A DNA stretch of 63,026 nt, counting the filler, from Octopus bimaculoides (taxonomy: Eukaryota): the NCBI RefSeq assembly GCF_001194135.2. It is 6 parts of 6 records of this genome, joined end to end, with 100 filler letters (N's around TTAATTAATTAA, not from the genome) between each part and the next. Parts side by side here need not be neighbours in the genome. Positions count along the whole stretch, not along the records: positions 10,842 to 21,314 come from NC_068992.1; positions 21,415 to 27,505 come from NC_069010.1; 4 more parts are not named here. One strand, given 5' to 3'. A program made the position numbers and the translations under genes. The notes beneath the pieces are model-generated. The model ran no database searches, was not told the DNA's origin, and saw only the letters and a list, made by a program, of their open reading frames with translations. Shown in pieces: positions 12,291 to 25,283 of the stretch (positions are counted from its first letter, which is position 1; every line of letters begins with the position of its first letter).

Positions 12291-12785
12291 ATTCCTTTTT
12301 AGTCAAAAATGGGAAGGTAGGAGTGCGGCCCAGTGGTTAGTGTATTGCACTCACGGTCGCAAAATTATAGTTTCGATTCCCCGACAGAGCGGTGTGTTGT
12401 TTTCTTGAGTATAAAATACATCATTTCACGTTGCTCCAGTTCACTCAACTGTAAAATCAGCAACCGTGTGACGGACTGGAGTCTCGTTCACGGAGCATGC
12501 TGTGACCATCCCTGTGGGTTCTTGGACTTGAAATAGACTTTACATTCTTTTATTTGTTGTTTAAAAATAGAAAACGATGATAAAACTCCTTCTTAAATAT
12601 ACAACTGTATATATATATATATATATCACTAATATATGAGTATATGCATATATACGTACATGTATGTACATATGTTCATCTACATGTACATATAGAGGAA
12701 GTTATGTACATACATGTACATATATATGCATATACTCATATATTGTTTGTATCACACGATCGAACGCACGTGTTATCTTTACACA

Positions 12786-12841
<56 letters not shown>

Positions 12842-15009
12842 GTGTGTGTATGTATGTGTGTGTGTTTGCGAGCGTATGCACGCGTGAGTGTGTGCATATA
12901 CATAGTGGTGAAAAGTGAACAATACGCCAATCTACCTATCGGTAGCCAGAGGATGGGAGAAATTTGTCAGCTAACCTTTGGATACAGGGAAAACACCTGA
13001 TTGATAGCGATGGAATGCAGTAGACAACGTACCTCAAGATAAACCAGTGTTTGAAAAACAAAAAGACTGGAATGTCACAGCTGGAACACCTTCGTTTGAC
13101 AGAGCCACTAAATCAGAGGTTGATTTTGGAAATAAACAATAACACCCAAAAAATGTCATTTATTATTTTATTTTCTAAACTCTAATGGAATGAGAGAGAA
13201 GTTGGCGTTATAGTGTATTCTCTTTCTACATCTNNNNNNNNNNNNNNNNNNNNNNNNNNNNNNNNNNNNNNNNNNNNNNNNNNNNNNNNNNNNNNNNNNN
13301 NNNNNNNNNNNNNNNNNNNNNNNNNNNNNNNNNNNNNNNNNNNNNNNNNNNNNNNNNNNNNNNNNNNNNTCTACTATTAAAGAAAATATGAAAATAATCG
13401 AATACATCAATAAATGGCAACATTATTATAATGAGGATATAGAGAAGACAAAAGAAATACAGGAGAACAAAGTGGAAAAAGCAAAAGAAACGAAAACTAT
13501 GGCTTAGATCAGGTTCTCATACAAACACACACACACATAAAGAAAAGAAAAAAAAATCTCACCCGATAAGGTTGCTTCTGGCTTCAAGCTAAGGATATTG
13601 TTGCATAAAGTAATTTCCATTACAGAATGATATATTGTCCTGCACAAACAAACGATCTTAGATTTATTCAAGAAGAACAATGGTCGGATACAAAAATTAT
13701 AGAAAACATAAGAAAAACATTGAAAATGTCAGGTTTTCCTTATAAGACTGAACAACATTATATAATGAATAAATTGTTAATACACGCAGAGACACGGAGG
13801 CACAAACAAATACACACACATTTATATATATGTGTATATATATATACATATATATATGTATATATATATATGTATACACATATATACATATATGTATATA
13901 TATATATATGTATATATGTATATATATATGTGCGTTTATATATATAAATTTATACATACATGCATACATACATAAATACGTATACACATACTCACACACA
14001 TATGTGTATGTGTACTTATAAATATGCACATATAAATGTATATATATATGTATGTGTATATATATATATATATATNNNNNNNNNNNNNNNNNNNNNNNNN
14101 NNNNNNNNNNNNNNNNNNNNNNNNNNNNNNNNNNNNNNNNNNNNNNNNNNNNNNNNNNNNNNNNNNNNNNNNNNNNNNNNNNNNNNNNNNNNNNNNNNNN
14201 NNNNNNNNNNNNNNNNNNNNNNNNNNNNNNNNNNNNNNNNNNNNNNNNNNNNNNNNNNNNNNNNNNNNNNNNNNNNNNNNNNNNNNNNNNNNNNNNNNNN
14301 NNNNNNNNNNNNNNNNNNNNNNNNNNNNNNNNNNNNNNNNNNNNNNNNNNNNNNNNNNNNNNNNNNNNNNNNNNNNNNNNNNNNNNNNNNNNNNNNNNNN
14401 NNNNNNNNNNNNNNNNNNNNNNNNNNNNNNNNNNNNNNNNNNNNNNNNNNNNNNNNNNNNNNNNNNNNNNNNNNNNNNNNNNNNNNNNNNNNNNNNNNNN
14501 NNNNNNNNNNNNNNNNNNNNNNNNNNNNNNNNNNNNNNNNNNNNNNNNNNNNNNNNNNNNNNNNNNNNNNNNNNNNNNNNNNNNNNNNNNNAGAACGCAA
14601 CGGTAGACGAAATACCGCTAAACATTTCGCCCGGCGTGCTAACGTTTCTGCCAGCTCACCGCCTTAATTTTACCGATACGTATTGCTTTCTCTTTCTCTC
14701 TCCTTGCTCCTCTGTTTCAGCCTCTTTCTGCCTGTATATCTAAAGGATTTCACTATGACACACACCAATGTACCCATGTACACATTTGCACACCTCAATA
14801 ACACCCCACAGTTAACTATGCCCACCAACCCCAGCACATACACCCTCCACGCAAATTATACCCGCAAATATAAACAAATGCCCCCCCACACACACACTAT
14901 ACATTACACACCACACGTTAATGTAAAAAACCCACAACTTTATCCTTTACAGAAAGAAAAACAGAAGACAACGCTAGATATACCAACACCCCTAGAAAAG
15001 CTTGTCTAC

Positions 15010-15396
15010 TTGTTGTTGGCACTCCGTCGCTTACGACGTCGAGGGTTCCAGTTGATCCGATCAACGGAACAGCCTGCTCGTGAAATTAACGTGCACGTGG
15101 CTGAGCACTCCACAGACATGTGTACCCTTAACGTAGTTCTCGGGGATATTCAGCGTGACACAGTTGTGACAAAGCTGACCCTTTGAATTACAGGCACAAC
15201 AGAAACAGGAAGTAAGAGTGAGAGAAAGTTGTGGTGAAAGAGTACAGCAGGGTTCGCCACCATCCCCTGCCGGAGCCTCGTGGAGCTTTAGGTGTTCTCG
15301 CTCAATAAACACTCACAACGCCCGGTCTGGGAGTCGTAACCACGAAACTATGACCGCGAGACCGCTGCCCTAACCACTGGGCTACTGCGCCTCCAC
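15010..15396 (-). mobile_element. SINE family A, full length
   Basis: Same sequence as 5820-6213 with few substitutions. Confidence 0.9.
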
Positions 15397-16726
15397 CACC
15401 TATGCTGGTATTAAATTGATATTAATTAATAACAAATTTGTTACCCTATTATGTTAATTAACCATAATCACGTTTCTCAAAGTTGGTAAATTCAATGCAG
15501 AAATTATTTTCTGCAGAAATATTTCCGGATTTAGCGCGTCAAAACTAAGACTTTTGGATATTATTCTTTATAATTAATAGAATCCCGTGTACATGTTTTC
15601 ATTCGTTGGAGACAACTAGCATGAGGTCCTGTTGGATTATAATCGTTATGGCAGTCTGTACTGAGGAAAACCAGATACTTTCGTTAAGAAAGTGTTGATT
15701 TTGAAACTATGGTCACCAGATAACCTAAGTATTTATAATTTTCACTAGTCTCGCCCGCCTGTTTTTGCTTCGCTGAATTTTCTTTGAGAATTTTTAAGTG
15801 ATATTCTTCTAGCGCATTAGCAGTCCACTTTGTGGTCTCTTTTATATACACACGTGCTATAATGCTTTTGAGGTCTCAGACAATTTTTTCTGAATCTTCT
15901 GATTCTTTTAATGTGCTGGTTTCCTGGTATTACATTGATATTAATTAATATCAAATTTTTTACCCTATTATGTTAATTATATATATATATATAATTAACA
16001 TAATAGGGTAAAAAATTTNNNNNNNNNNNNNNNNNNNNNNNNNNNNNNNNNNNNNNNNNNNNNNNNNNNNNNNNNNNNNNNNNNNNNNNNNNNNNNNNNN
16101 NNNNNNNNNNNNNNNNNNNNNNNNNNNNNNNNNNNNNNNNNNNNNNNNNNNNNNNNNNNNNNNNNNNNNNNNNNNNNNNNNNNNNNNNNNNNNNNNNNNN
16201 NNNNNNNNNNNNNNNNNNNNNNNNNNNNNNNNNNNNNNNNNNNNNNNNNNNNNNNNNNNNNNNNNNNNNNNNNNNNNNNNNNNNNNNNNNNNNNNNNNNN
16301 NNNNNNNNNNNNNNNNNNNNNNNNACATACACACATACATATATATATATACATATATACGACAGGCTTCTTTCAGTTTCCGTCTACCAAATCCACTCAC
16401 AAGGCTTTGGTCGGCCCGAGGCTATAGTAGAAGACACTTGCCCAAGATGCCATGCAGTGGGACTGAACCCGGGACTATGTGGTTGGTAAGCAAGCTACTT
16501 ACCACATATTATTCTTTATTCTTTTACTATTTCAGTCATTTTTGATAGCGGCAATGCTGGAGCACCGCCTTTAGTCGAACAAATCGACCCCATTACTTAT
16601 TCTTTGTGAGCCTAGTATTTATTCTATTGGTCTTTTATGCCGAACCGCTAAGTTACAGGGGCGTAAACACACCAGCATCGGTTGTCAAGCGATGTTCGAA
16701 GGACAAGCACAGACACNNNNNNNNNN

Positions 16727-16789
<63 letters not shown>

Positions 16790-17959
16790 TCTTCTGCGAT
16801 GATTTGTTAAGAGATGCCGAGTCACAATTCTGTAAATTATAATAATATTTTATTAGCTTAAAGCTTGTAAACAATGATAAGACTCCTTCTTTATCATATT
16901 GAATTATCACCCTACAATTATGGCATCCGACTCGAACCTGGTAAAGATAAAACACCTGCTGATCATACCACATTCTCCTCTATAATATCTCTTTCTGGAA
17001 TCAATGCTTTAAATAAGCTTTCGTATTGTCCTCAAGCGAAAATACATTGCTCGCAAGGCATATTGGCCGATAATTATTAGAAAAATTCAGTGAAATAATA
17101 TCAACTTAAATCATAAGAAATCATTTCTCTTCTTTTTTTTTTATGAAATTACATTTTCAATTCATTTTCAGACCATTTGTTTCTTTTATAAGAAAACACA
17201 TTTAATTCTAGAAAAATATCTGTAATAATAAAAAAAAAAAATTATTCACTTACGTGAAACTTAATTTATATCTGAGATTGTATGCGGTTCCTGTAAGATA
17301 ATGCAAAATGTCAGCGCAAAAGTTCGAATTTTTTCAGTGGATGAAATATGGCTTTTACTATTTTTTATTTTCTTTTTTTTAGTATAAAGCAAGCACCACT
17401 ACGAGGAACAGCTATTTGAACATTAATAGGATGCTGTTTTTTTGCGTAAAGTATTCAACAGGGAATAAACATTTGAATATAATCTAACGATGGAATCACA
17501 ATGTCTATGTCAGGCTTCAATGTGATTATTTGTGCAATCCATCATTTATATGTTTATATTGTACACAGTCCAGGCAAGAGGATTAAATAATGATCCACTG
17601 GCAGAATATTTCGGATAAGTTTATGTTCTTAGAAGAAAATGTTCGTCATCTTTTTCTTTTTTCTGCGAAAGTATAAACATCTCCGGAAATTTATTGTGCT
17701 GATCCAAAGTCTTGCAATATTTGGGTTACTTCGTTCTGAGTTCAAATTCCGCTGAGAGCAACTTTGCTTTTCATCCTTTCGGGGTCGATAAATTAAGTAC
17801 GAGCTGCGTACTGTGATCGATCTAATCGGCTGCGCCCTCTCGTAGGTTACTTATTTTCTCGATTCATTAGGTTACAACAAAAGCAGCCTAGCAGTTAAAG
17901 TAGAGACCATTGTCTTGCTCTGTCTAAGGCCAACTTTTCTGCCAGTTCTTTGATCCCAT

Positions 17960-18630
17960 ACTCTTTTACTCTCTCTCTTTTACTTGTTTGTCATTTGATT
18001 GCGGGCATGCTGGAGCACCGCCTTTAAATAGACCCCAAGACTTATTCTTTGGAAGCCTAGTACTTATTCTATCGGTCTCTTTTGCCGAACCGCTAAGTTA
18101 CGGGGACATAAACACACCAACATCGGTTGTTGAGCGATGTAGGGGGGAAAAACACACATACATTTATANNNNNNNNNNNNNNNNNNNNNNNNNNNNNNNN
18201 NNNNNNNNNNNNNNNNNNNNNNNNNNNNNNNNNNNNNNNNNNNNNNNNNNNNNNNNNNNNNNNNNNNNNNNNNNNNNNNNNNNNNNNNNNNNNNNNNNNN
18301 NNNNNNNNNNNNNNNNNNNNNNNNNNNNNNNNNNNNNNNNNNNNNNNNNNNNNNNNNNNNNNNNNNNNNNNNNNNNNNNNNNNNNNNNNNNNNNNNNNNN
18401 NNNNNNNNNNNNNNNNNNNNNNNNNNNNNNNNNNNNNNNNNNNNNNNNNNNNNNATATACATATATACGACGGGCTTCTTTCAATTTCCGTCTACCAAAT
18501 CCACTCACAAGGCTTTGGTCGGCCCGAGGTTATAGTAGAAGACACTTGCCCAAGGTGCCACACAGTGGGACTAAGCCCGGAACCATGTGGTTGGTAAGCA
18601 AGCTACTTACCACACAGCCACACCTGCACC
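17960..18630 (-). mobile_element. SINE family C, full length, internal microsatellite covered by a gap
   Basis: tRNA-like head at ~18630, ACCTTGGGCAAGTGTCTT motif, internal (TA/TG)n, and GGCGGTGCTCCAGCATG... tail at ~17990. Confidence 0.85.
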
Positions 18631-18635
18631 CATGT

Positions 18636-18880
18636 TGATACTAGCTTTTACCCTTCGAGGCGAAGCCCTTCTTCACTAAAGTTTCCACTTTTTTTTGACT
18701 GATGATGCGTCGCGAACGCAGGAAGTGCGCCATGTATCAAAGCGGATAAAAATCTGAGAGAGCTAGGTTCAGACTATGTAGTGAGTGTGACATCAGTTCG
18801 ATTCCTTTAAGTTCCTGGAGTTTATTCCAGGTCATTTGAGCAATATCAGGCCTTACGTTGTCCTTTCTGTAAAACAATGC
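18636..18880 (-). mobile_element. mariner transposase C-terminal relic
   Basis: KDNVRPDIAQMTWNKLQELKGIELMSHSLHSLNLALSDFYPL*YMAHFL resembles the mariner HDNARPH...HPPYSPDLAPSDY.LF motif. Confidence 0.7.
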
Positions 18881-20348
18881 TGGGTATTTTGCGGCACAGT
18901 GGCATATATTCGCTCTAGATGTTCGGGGCACAGTTTGGAATCGATGGTTCGACTTGGTCCTCTCCTCAAAATTTCTGGCTTTGTGCCAAAAAGTAGAAAA
19001 ACATTATTACTCTTATTAAGTCGTATTATTATTGTTTTTATTAACAGAATTGTTAGAGATTAAGAAAAAATATATTGTGGTACTTTTTCCCACTATTTAC
19101 TTTCCGAGTTCAAATTCCGCCGAGGTCGAACTTGCCTTTCATCCTTCCGGATCGATAAAATAAGGATCAGATTAAGAAGTGGGTTGATATATTTGACTTA
19201 CCCTCTCCCTTAATAAACTACTGGTCCTGTGCTAAAATTTGAACCCACTGTCAACTGACATGTCGCTTAAGCAAAACAGTATTTTTCTGCGTTTTTTTTC
19301 TACGTACGTAAACAACATATTTACGATTAACTCTCAATTATTTTAGCATGCTTAAGCTGTTCGCTGTTATTCTAGTGTTTGTTAATTTTCTTAATCATTA
19401 CGGTTCGGCGGAAATTACTTTTACTAGAAAGTAAGAAGATACGGAGTTGTTTCGTTTCAGTGATTTTTTTATCAATTTATGAGATTGTTTGTGAGAGCTG
19501 CGCGCGCGCGAGATAGAGAGAGAAAGAGAGAGAGATAAAACGACCAGTTTGCAGCTGCATCTACACCTGCACTTAACTACTAAACTACTGCGGATTGATC
19601 CTTCTTGGTGGTGACAACAATCTTCAATATTTTTCGTTTTCCTGATACAATTTCAACTTTTTGGTCTTCTGATCTTATCTCACCTGCTAAGTCTGTCTCT
19701 TGCAACAATGGTGTCTGTCTTATCACCGATTGAAAATTTTAAGATCCTTGAGTGTAAGAAAAATAAACAAAAAATGTAAGAAATACTAAATATTCTACCC
19801 TTGACCCTTTCCATGCCGTATTTTCATTTAGAAGGGATTGTCTCCCATTGCTTACCACCAAGGGCACACCTCGTGTATGATAAATTTTTTATTTTGTTGT
19901 GTTATTCATATAAACGTTGGTTGTGCTTCTCTTGAGCTGGCTACTCACCCTGTCACTGAAAAATCTCTGCCTTTTTACTGTCATTTGTACTTGGAAGAAA
20001 GTCATCAGCGTTCATTTCTATCATTCCTTGTATACTGAGTCTGCTACAGTGTTTTATGAAGTGTTCTGGAAGTATTCCCTGCTTGAAATGTAATTCTTGT
20101 TGCTTATGCAATTTTTCATTTTGCAGATAGGAAAACCTTTTTTCTGTCGAGGGCTTATATGCCCCTTTTATTAGACTATTTTCCTTAGTCATTGCACGGT
20201 GATCGCCATAAGCCTTAAGAATATATAAAAAGAAACATACATATATATATAATATTAGGGATAAAAATCCAAATTTACAGATAAAATCTCAAATTCAATT
20301 TATCAAAAATTAAAATTAAATTAAGTTTCACAGTATAAAATATATAAA

Positions 20349-20757
20349 TATATAATTTAGAGAAAAGAACCAAAGTTCATGAACTCATCCATGAAAATCC
20401 ACAGTCACATATAGAAAAATTAATAAGTAAATACACTAAAAAGAACTATAAAAAAATACAAAGTAATAATCATTAAAATAATAAAACGACAACACATGTT
20501 TCATTTTTATATAAATTCATTTGTTATCTATTGTTGGTTGATATACATCCATTTTATTATTATTATTATTGTAGTATATTGAATTGAAGATTAGCGATAT
20601 TTTTGAATAGATTTGTTTTTCGATCGATTTATTTCAATCAATTTTATTTTATATAGTTTTATTATTTTAATGATTATTACTTTGTATTTTATTAATTTTT
20701 TCTATAAGTGACTGTGGATTTTCATGGATGAGCTCATGAACTTTGGTTCTTTTCTCT

Positions 20758-20767
<10 letters not shown>
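20349..20767. repeat. Long AT-rich inverted repeat, probably a Penelope-type terminus plus an inverted tail
   Basis: Arms ~20349-20487 and 20656-20767; decayed hammerhead-like motif at 20488-20529 (-). Confidence 0.7.
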
Positions 20768-20799
<32 letters not shown>

Positions 20800-20811
20800 T
20801 ATATTTTTCTT

Positions 20812-21314
20812 TTATTTCTTTTCTTTTATATAGTTTCAGCTTAGAGCTGCGGCCATGATGATGCACCGCCGTGTTGCTACACTGTTATTACAGGGAGCCT
20901 CCTACAATATGTGGCACTTGGTGAAGAATGGAGTTTGATTTAGCAACCCTCATTTTCACTTCTTGCCGTGAGGTAGGTTCATCTGGGACTCTGGACAGGA
21001 AGAGGTCCAGTTTTGATTTAAAAACCTCTACATCTACTTTGTGCAGGTTCCTCAGGCGCTTTGGGAGAATATTAAAAAGCTGTGGGCCCCTGAAACCGAA
21101 ACTGTTGCAGTAACTGGTCCTAAAGCGCGATGGCGATGCTGGGATCTTTGGCACTATGCAGTGTCGTCCCGTTCTGGCATTGGTGTAGCTTTCAATGCCA
21201 AAAATTGGCACAATTCCTTCCAGGATCTTCCAGATGTATATTACTACATACCTCTCCCGCCTTCTCTCCAGGGAGTAGAGTCTTAGCTGTTTCAGCCTTT
21301 CCCAGTAGCTGAGC
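20812..21314 (-). mobile_element. CR1-group LINE, 3' end (ORF2 C-terminus plus 3' UTR), 5' part lost in gap
   Basis: The continuous frame LSYWERLKQLRLYSLERRRERYVVIYIWKILEGIVPIFG...NSFGFRGPQLFNILPKRLRN...FKSKLDLFLSRVPDEP is a typical CR1-type RT C-terminus. It is followed by a 3' tail GGCGGTGC...CATGGCCGCAGCTCTAAGCTGAAAC and an A-rich end. Confidence 0.85.
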
Positions 21315-21414
21315 NNNNNNNNNNNNNNNNNNNNNNNNNNNNNNNNNNNNNNNNNNNNTTAATTAATTAANNNNNNNNNNNNNNNNNNNNNNNNNNNNNN
21401 NNNNNNNNNNNNNN

Positions 21415-21465
<51 letters not shown>

Positions 21466-21648
21466 TCACACATAATGCGCACGCATGCATTGTCACAAAT
21501 ATATGAAAATTATGAGTTAGAGGTTATTCAACCATCTAAGGGATAGATGTATCTGTAGACACTACTTGTGTATTACCTCACTATGTCTAGTCCTAGCTAT
21601 ATGGTATACAGTAGTAAGTAATTTAAAGGTAAGACTGTGGTTTAAGAT

Positions 21649-21922
21649 ATATAGAAAAGAAAAGAAATGGAGCAGTAATTAACAATGAGAAATTGATCAT
21701 TGGTTTTAAAAAGTTTAATTGTAGTTCAGAACCATTTACAGCTGTTTCTGTTTATCAAATTGAGGTAAATTTGCATTTATCTCATTCAATGTAGATTTAC
21801 CTCGATTTGATAAGCAGAAACAGCTGTAAATGGTTCTGAAATACAATTAAACTATGACTTTTTAATATCAATGATCAACTTCTCATTGTTAACTACTGCT
21901 CTATTTCTTTTCTTTTTTATAT
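21649..21922. repeat. ~270-nt imperfect palindrome
   Basis: Both arms contain GAAACAGCTGTAAATGG (in opposite orientations) and pair over ~125 nt with scattered mismatches. Confidence 0.85.
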
Positions 21923-22229
21923 GTATATAGATACACATACACAAGTGAATGAATGAACAGGGATGGATTGAGTTAAATTGAGTTTAGGACAAAGGAGTGG
22001 TACAAAAAAGGAAGGGAAAGAGATATGCAGGCTAGAATATTTACCAGGGGCAAAAGGTTTTTTGAGTTAGCTAGCTTAGGTCAGGATGCCTATACACACA
22101 TTTGCACACACACCCACTCATACATACACTCAGACAAGGAACGTTGGCCCACCTTCCCATAGGGTCAACTTCAGCCACAATTCGTATAATTTATGGTTGG
22201 AAGCAGCACTGGATTAATCATTAAGTAGA

Positions 22230-22988
22230 ATAAGCACATGCTTATGGCATCAAGGGAAGGAGGGGGCACCACAGAAATGATAAATGGTTTACGGCACAAA
22301 AGAAATCACTTTAAACTTGCTAAAATAATATTGGGGATGCCTTTATCTCTACTAAGTATAAATGCAGATGTGTTACTTAAGATTAATTTTGAGGATCTGA
22401 TCAAAGACTTTGCAATTCAAAAAAGTAGGAGGAAACTGTGGTAAGTAGATTGCTTACCAACCACATGGTTCTGGGTTCATTCCCACTGCGTGGCACCTTA
22501 GGCAGGTGTCTTCTACTATAGCCTTGGGCCAACCAAGTGAGTGGATTTGGTAGATGGAAACTGAAAGAAGCCGTCGTATATATGTATATATATGTGTGTG
22601 TGTGTGTGTTTGTGTTTGTCCCCGCCAACATCGCTTGACAACCGATGCTGGTGCGTTTACGTCCCCGTAACTTAGCGGTTCGGCAAAAGAGACCGATAGA
22701 ATAAGTACTAGGCTTCCAAAGAATAAGTCCTGGGGTCGATTTGCTCGACTAAAGGTGGTGCTCCAGCATGGCCACAGTCAAATGACTGAAACAAGTAAAA
22801 GAGTAAAGAGAGAGAGAGAGTAAATATAAATAAAGTGGAACTATACAAAAATAAACATTATTTTCCCTCTTACAGGGGAAATTTATTTCATAGTTTGTTA
22901 TTGTTTATATTTGAATTACACAATCTTTTATGGGGGCACCAAAATCTTTTAAGTGCTTAGGGCCCTGACAGGTTTCAATCCAGCCCTG
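22230..22988 (+). mobile_element. hAT transposon 3' relic (dimerisation-domain end and probable terminus), interrupted by a SINE at 22436-22820
   Basis: LSLLSINADVLLKINFEDLIKDFAIQKSRRK; terminal ...TTAGGGCCC...AATCCAGCCCTG resembles hAT ends. Confidence 0.5.
22436..22820 (+). mobile_element. SINE family C, near full length
   Basis: Complete head-body-microsatellite-tail architecture with no gap. Confidence 0.88.
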
Positions 22989-23380
22989 GTTGGAAGGCAA
23001 TCTTAGCAGAAATCTGTAATTACAGTTTCCTGAAGACTCAGGCAGCTTGCAGACAGTCTGACTCACTCCACATTTATATCACCAAGGGTAATTCACTACT
23101 AAGCACACGACCATCACCAGCAAAGGTCCACGTCACATAACACCAACGGTACAACGACCATGCTACAACTACTGCCTAAACTACAAGCCCTGATTCCTTT
23201 AGTTAACAGAAGGAAAAAAACAGAGGTTCTGGTTTAAGTTAAATATAAAGAAAAGGGGATAAAGCATATTGCTACTAGTTATAACACCAACACCACCTTT
23301 ATGCTGGGAGTAAGATGATCTGGAACTGGTGGGGGAAAAGGAGGGGATGTTTGGGATAAGATCCTTGGGGATAGATAGAT

Positions 23381-23417
<37 letters not shown>

Positions 23418-23422
23418 GAAAG

Positions 23423-23462
<40 letters not shown>

Positions 23463-24159
23463 GTGTGAATGTTGGATGGTGGAGACTGAAAACGGGGAGG
23501 AATAGGGGTTCACAATAGCTATGGTGGTGATGCTGATGATAGTAAGGATGGTGGTGGTGGTGGTGATGATAGTAAAAGAAAGAGGTTTAAGGGGGAGAAA
23601 GAAGGACTGAAGATGTTTATTTAGTATTGCTTATCAAGGAAGTGGTTATTTTAGTTTCTAGGGAAGTGTGTGTGTGTGCACTAGACAAATTGGTGCAGGT
23701 TTCGCTGTGAGCTCAAGAAGTTTACTTCCAAATCACATGGTTTGGGCTCAGTCCCACTGCACGCCACCTTGGACAAGTGTCTTCTACCATAGCCTTAGGC
23801 TGAACAAAGCCTTGTGAGTGGATTTGGTAAGATAGAAACTGAAAGGGCCATGTCAAGTATGTGTGTGTGTGTGTGTGTAATATGCACGGTAAGAAGCTTG
23901 CTTCCCAACCACATGGTTCCAGTTTCAGTCCCACTGCATGCCACCTTGGGCAAGTGTCTTCTACTATAGCTTCAGGCCAACCAAATATAAGACATTCGCA
24001 GATACATAAAACACTCAAAACACATGCATATAAAATACACACACACACATACCCAGATGATTATAAATGTTAAATTTTTCTCTGGTGATGAATATGCTAA
24101 CTAACACAGTTTAGTGATTAGTGACTTCAGAAAAAAAAAATTAGACTCACATCTGGAAC

Positions 24160-24490
24160 TTGTGCCAGATGGCACGTGTAAAGACATTCGAGCGAGATTG
24201 TTGCCAGTGCCACCGAACTGGCTCCTGTGCAGGTGGCACGTAAAATACACCATTTCGAGCGTGGCCATTGCCAGTACTGCCTGACTGGCTTTCGTGCCGG
24301 TGGCACATAAAAGCACCTTCTACACTCTCGGAGTGGTTGGCGTTAGGAAGGGCATCCAGCTGTAGAAACTCTGCCAAATCAGATTGGAGCCTGGTGTAGC
24401 CATCTGGTTTCACCAGTCCTCAGTCAAATCGTCCAGCCCATGCTAGCATGGAAAGCGGACATTAAACGATGACGATGATGATGATGATGA
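24160..24490 (+). mobile_element. Non-autonomous RTE-type element (family I), (GAT)n tail
   Basis: GGCGTTAGGAAGGGCATCCAGCTGTAGAAAC motif and ...CATGCTAGCATGGAAAGCGGAC.TTAAACGATGATGATG end. Further copies at 53138-53377 (-) and 56522-56850 (-). Confidence 0.7.
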
Positions 24491-25283
24491 GACAAAAGAA
24501 ATTTTGAAGAATTAAATCATGAAATCTGGAAGAACCCTCAGCAACATCATAGATTCTGTTAAATTTTAATCAGCTCTTATAACAAAAACGGTGGAGGAGA
24601 CAGAAACCTGAAATATTGTGGAAAAACTGCCGGTTTCTACAAGACAACCTGTAGAGGATTATTGACTATATCTGTGGTTAATGCAAGGTTCCAACCAGAG
24701 GTAAGGTGATGTTGAGGGGGAATAATGAAAGTTTTATTCATTCGTTAATCCTTCAACATGATCGAACAACTAATCCCAATCAGTTGGGATTCACAGTATA
24801 GGCTGTGCTATTAATCTTCTCAATTGCTGAATACAAAACATGAATTGCTAAACCTCTGTTCAGGTGATTTTCCAGAGTCACCATCTCACCCTTGTACGCC
24901 AGTCCATCACAAGGTAACTCATTTACAATGGAATAGACTGGATGAATGTGAAATGAAGTGTTTTGCTCAAGAACACAAGGCGCAGCTGGTCTAGGAATCA
25001 AAACCATGATCTTACAATCTTAACTGAAACATCCCAACCACTAGGCCAGGTGCCTTCACACATTACTGGTTGGCTGTTAACTCTCCTGAGTTTCTCTGCC
25101 ATTTGACAGGTTTTATTTTTCATCCTGCAGGATGTCTGATAAATCACCCTCCACACCAAGTAAGCTTAGTGAGGTTACCAGATTGGTCACTGATGATCTG
25201 ACCATTCAACAGGTTGTACTGGGTACATGTTACCAGCGCTGCTTGAGAGTGACCAGACATATGTATGTATATATATATATGTA

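Noticed and set aside
15953-16018. Perfect 66-nt palindrome
   Set aside because: It is centred on a self-complementary (AT)n run and ends exactly at a gap, so it is probably an assembler turn-around. It would be reinstated only if long reads span it.
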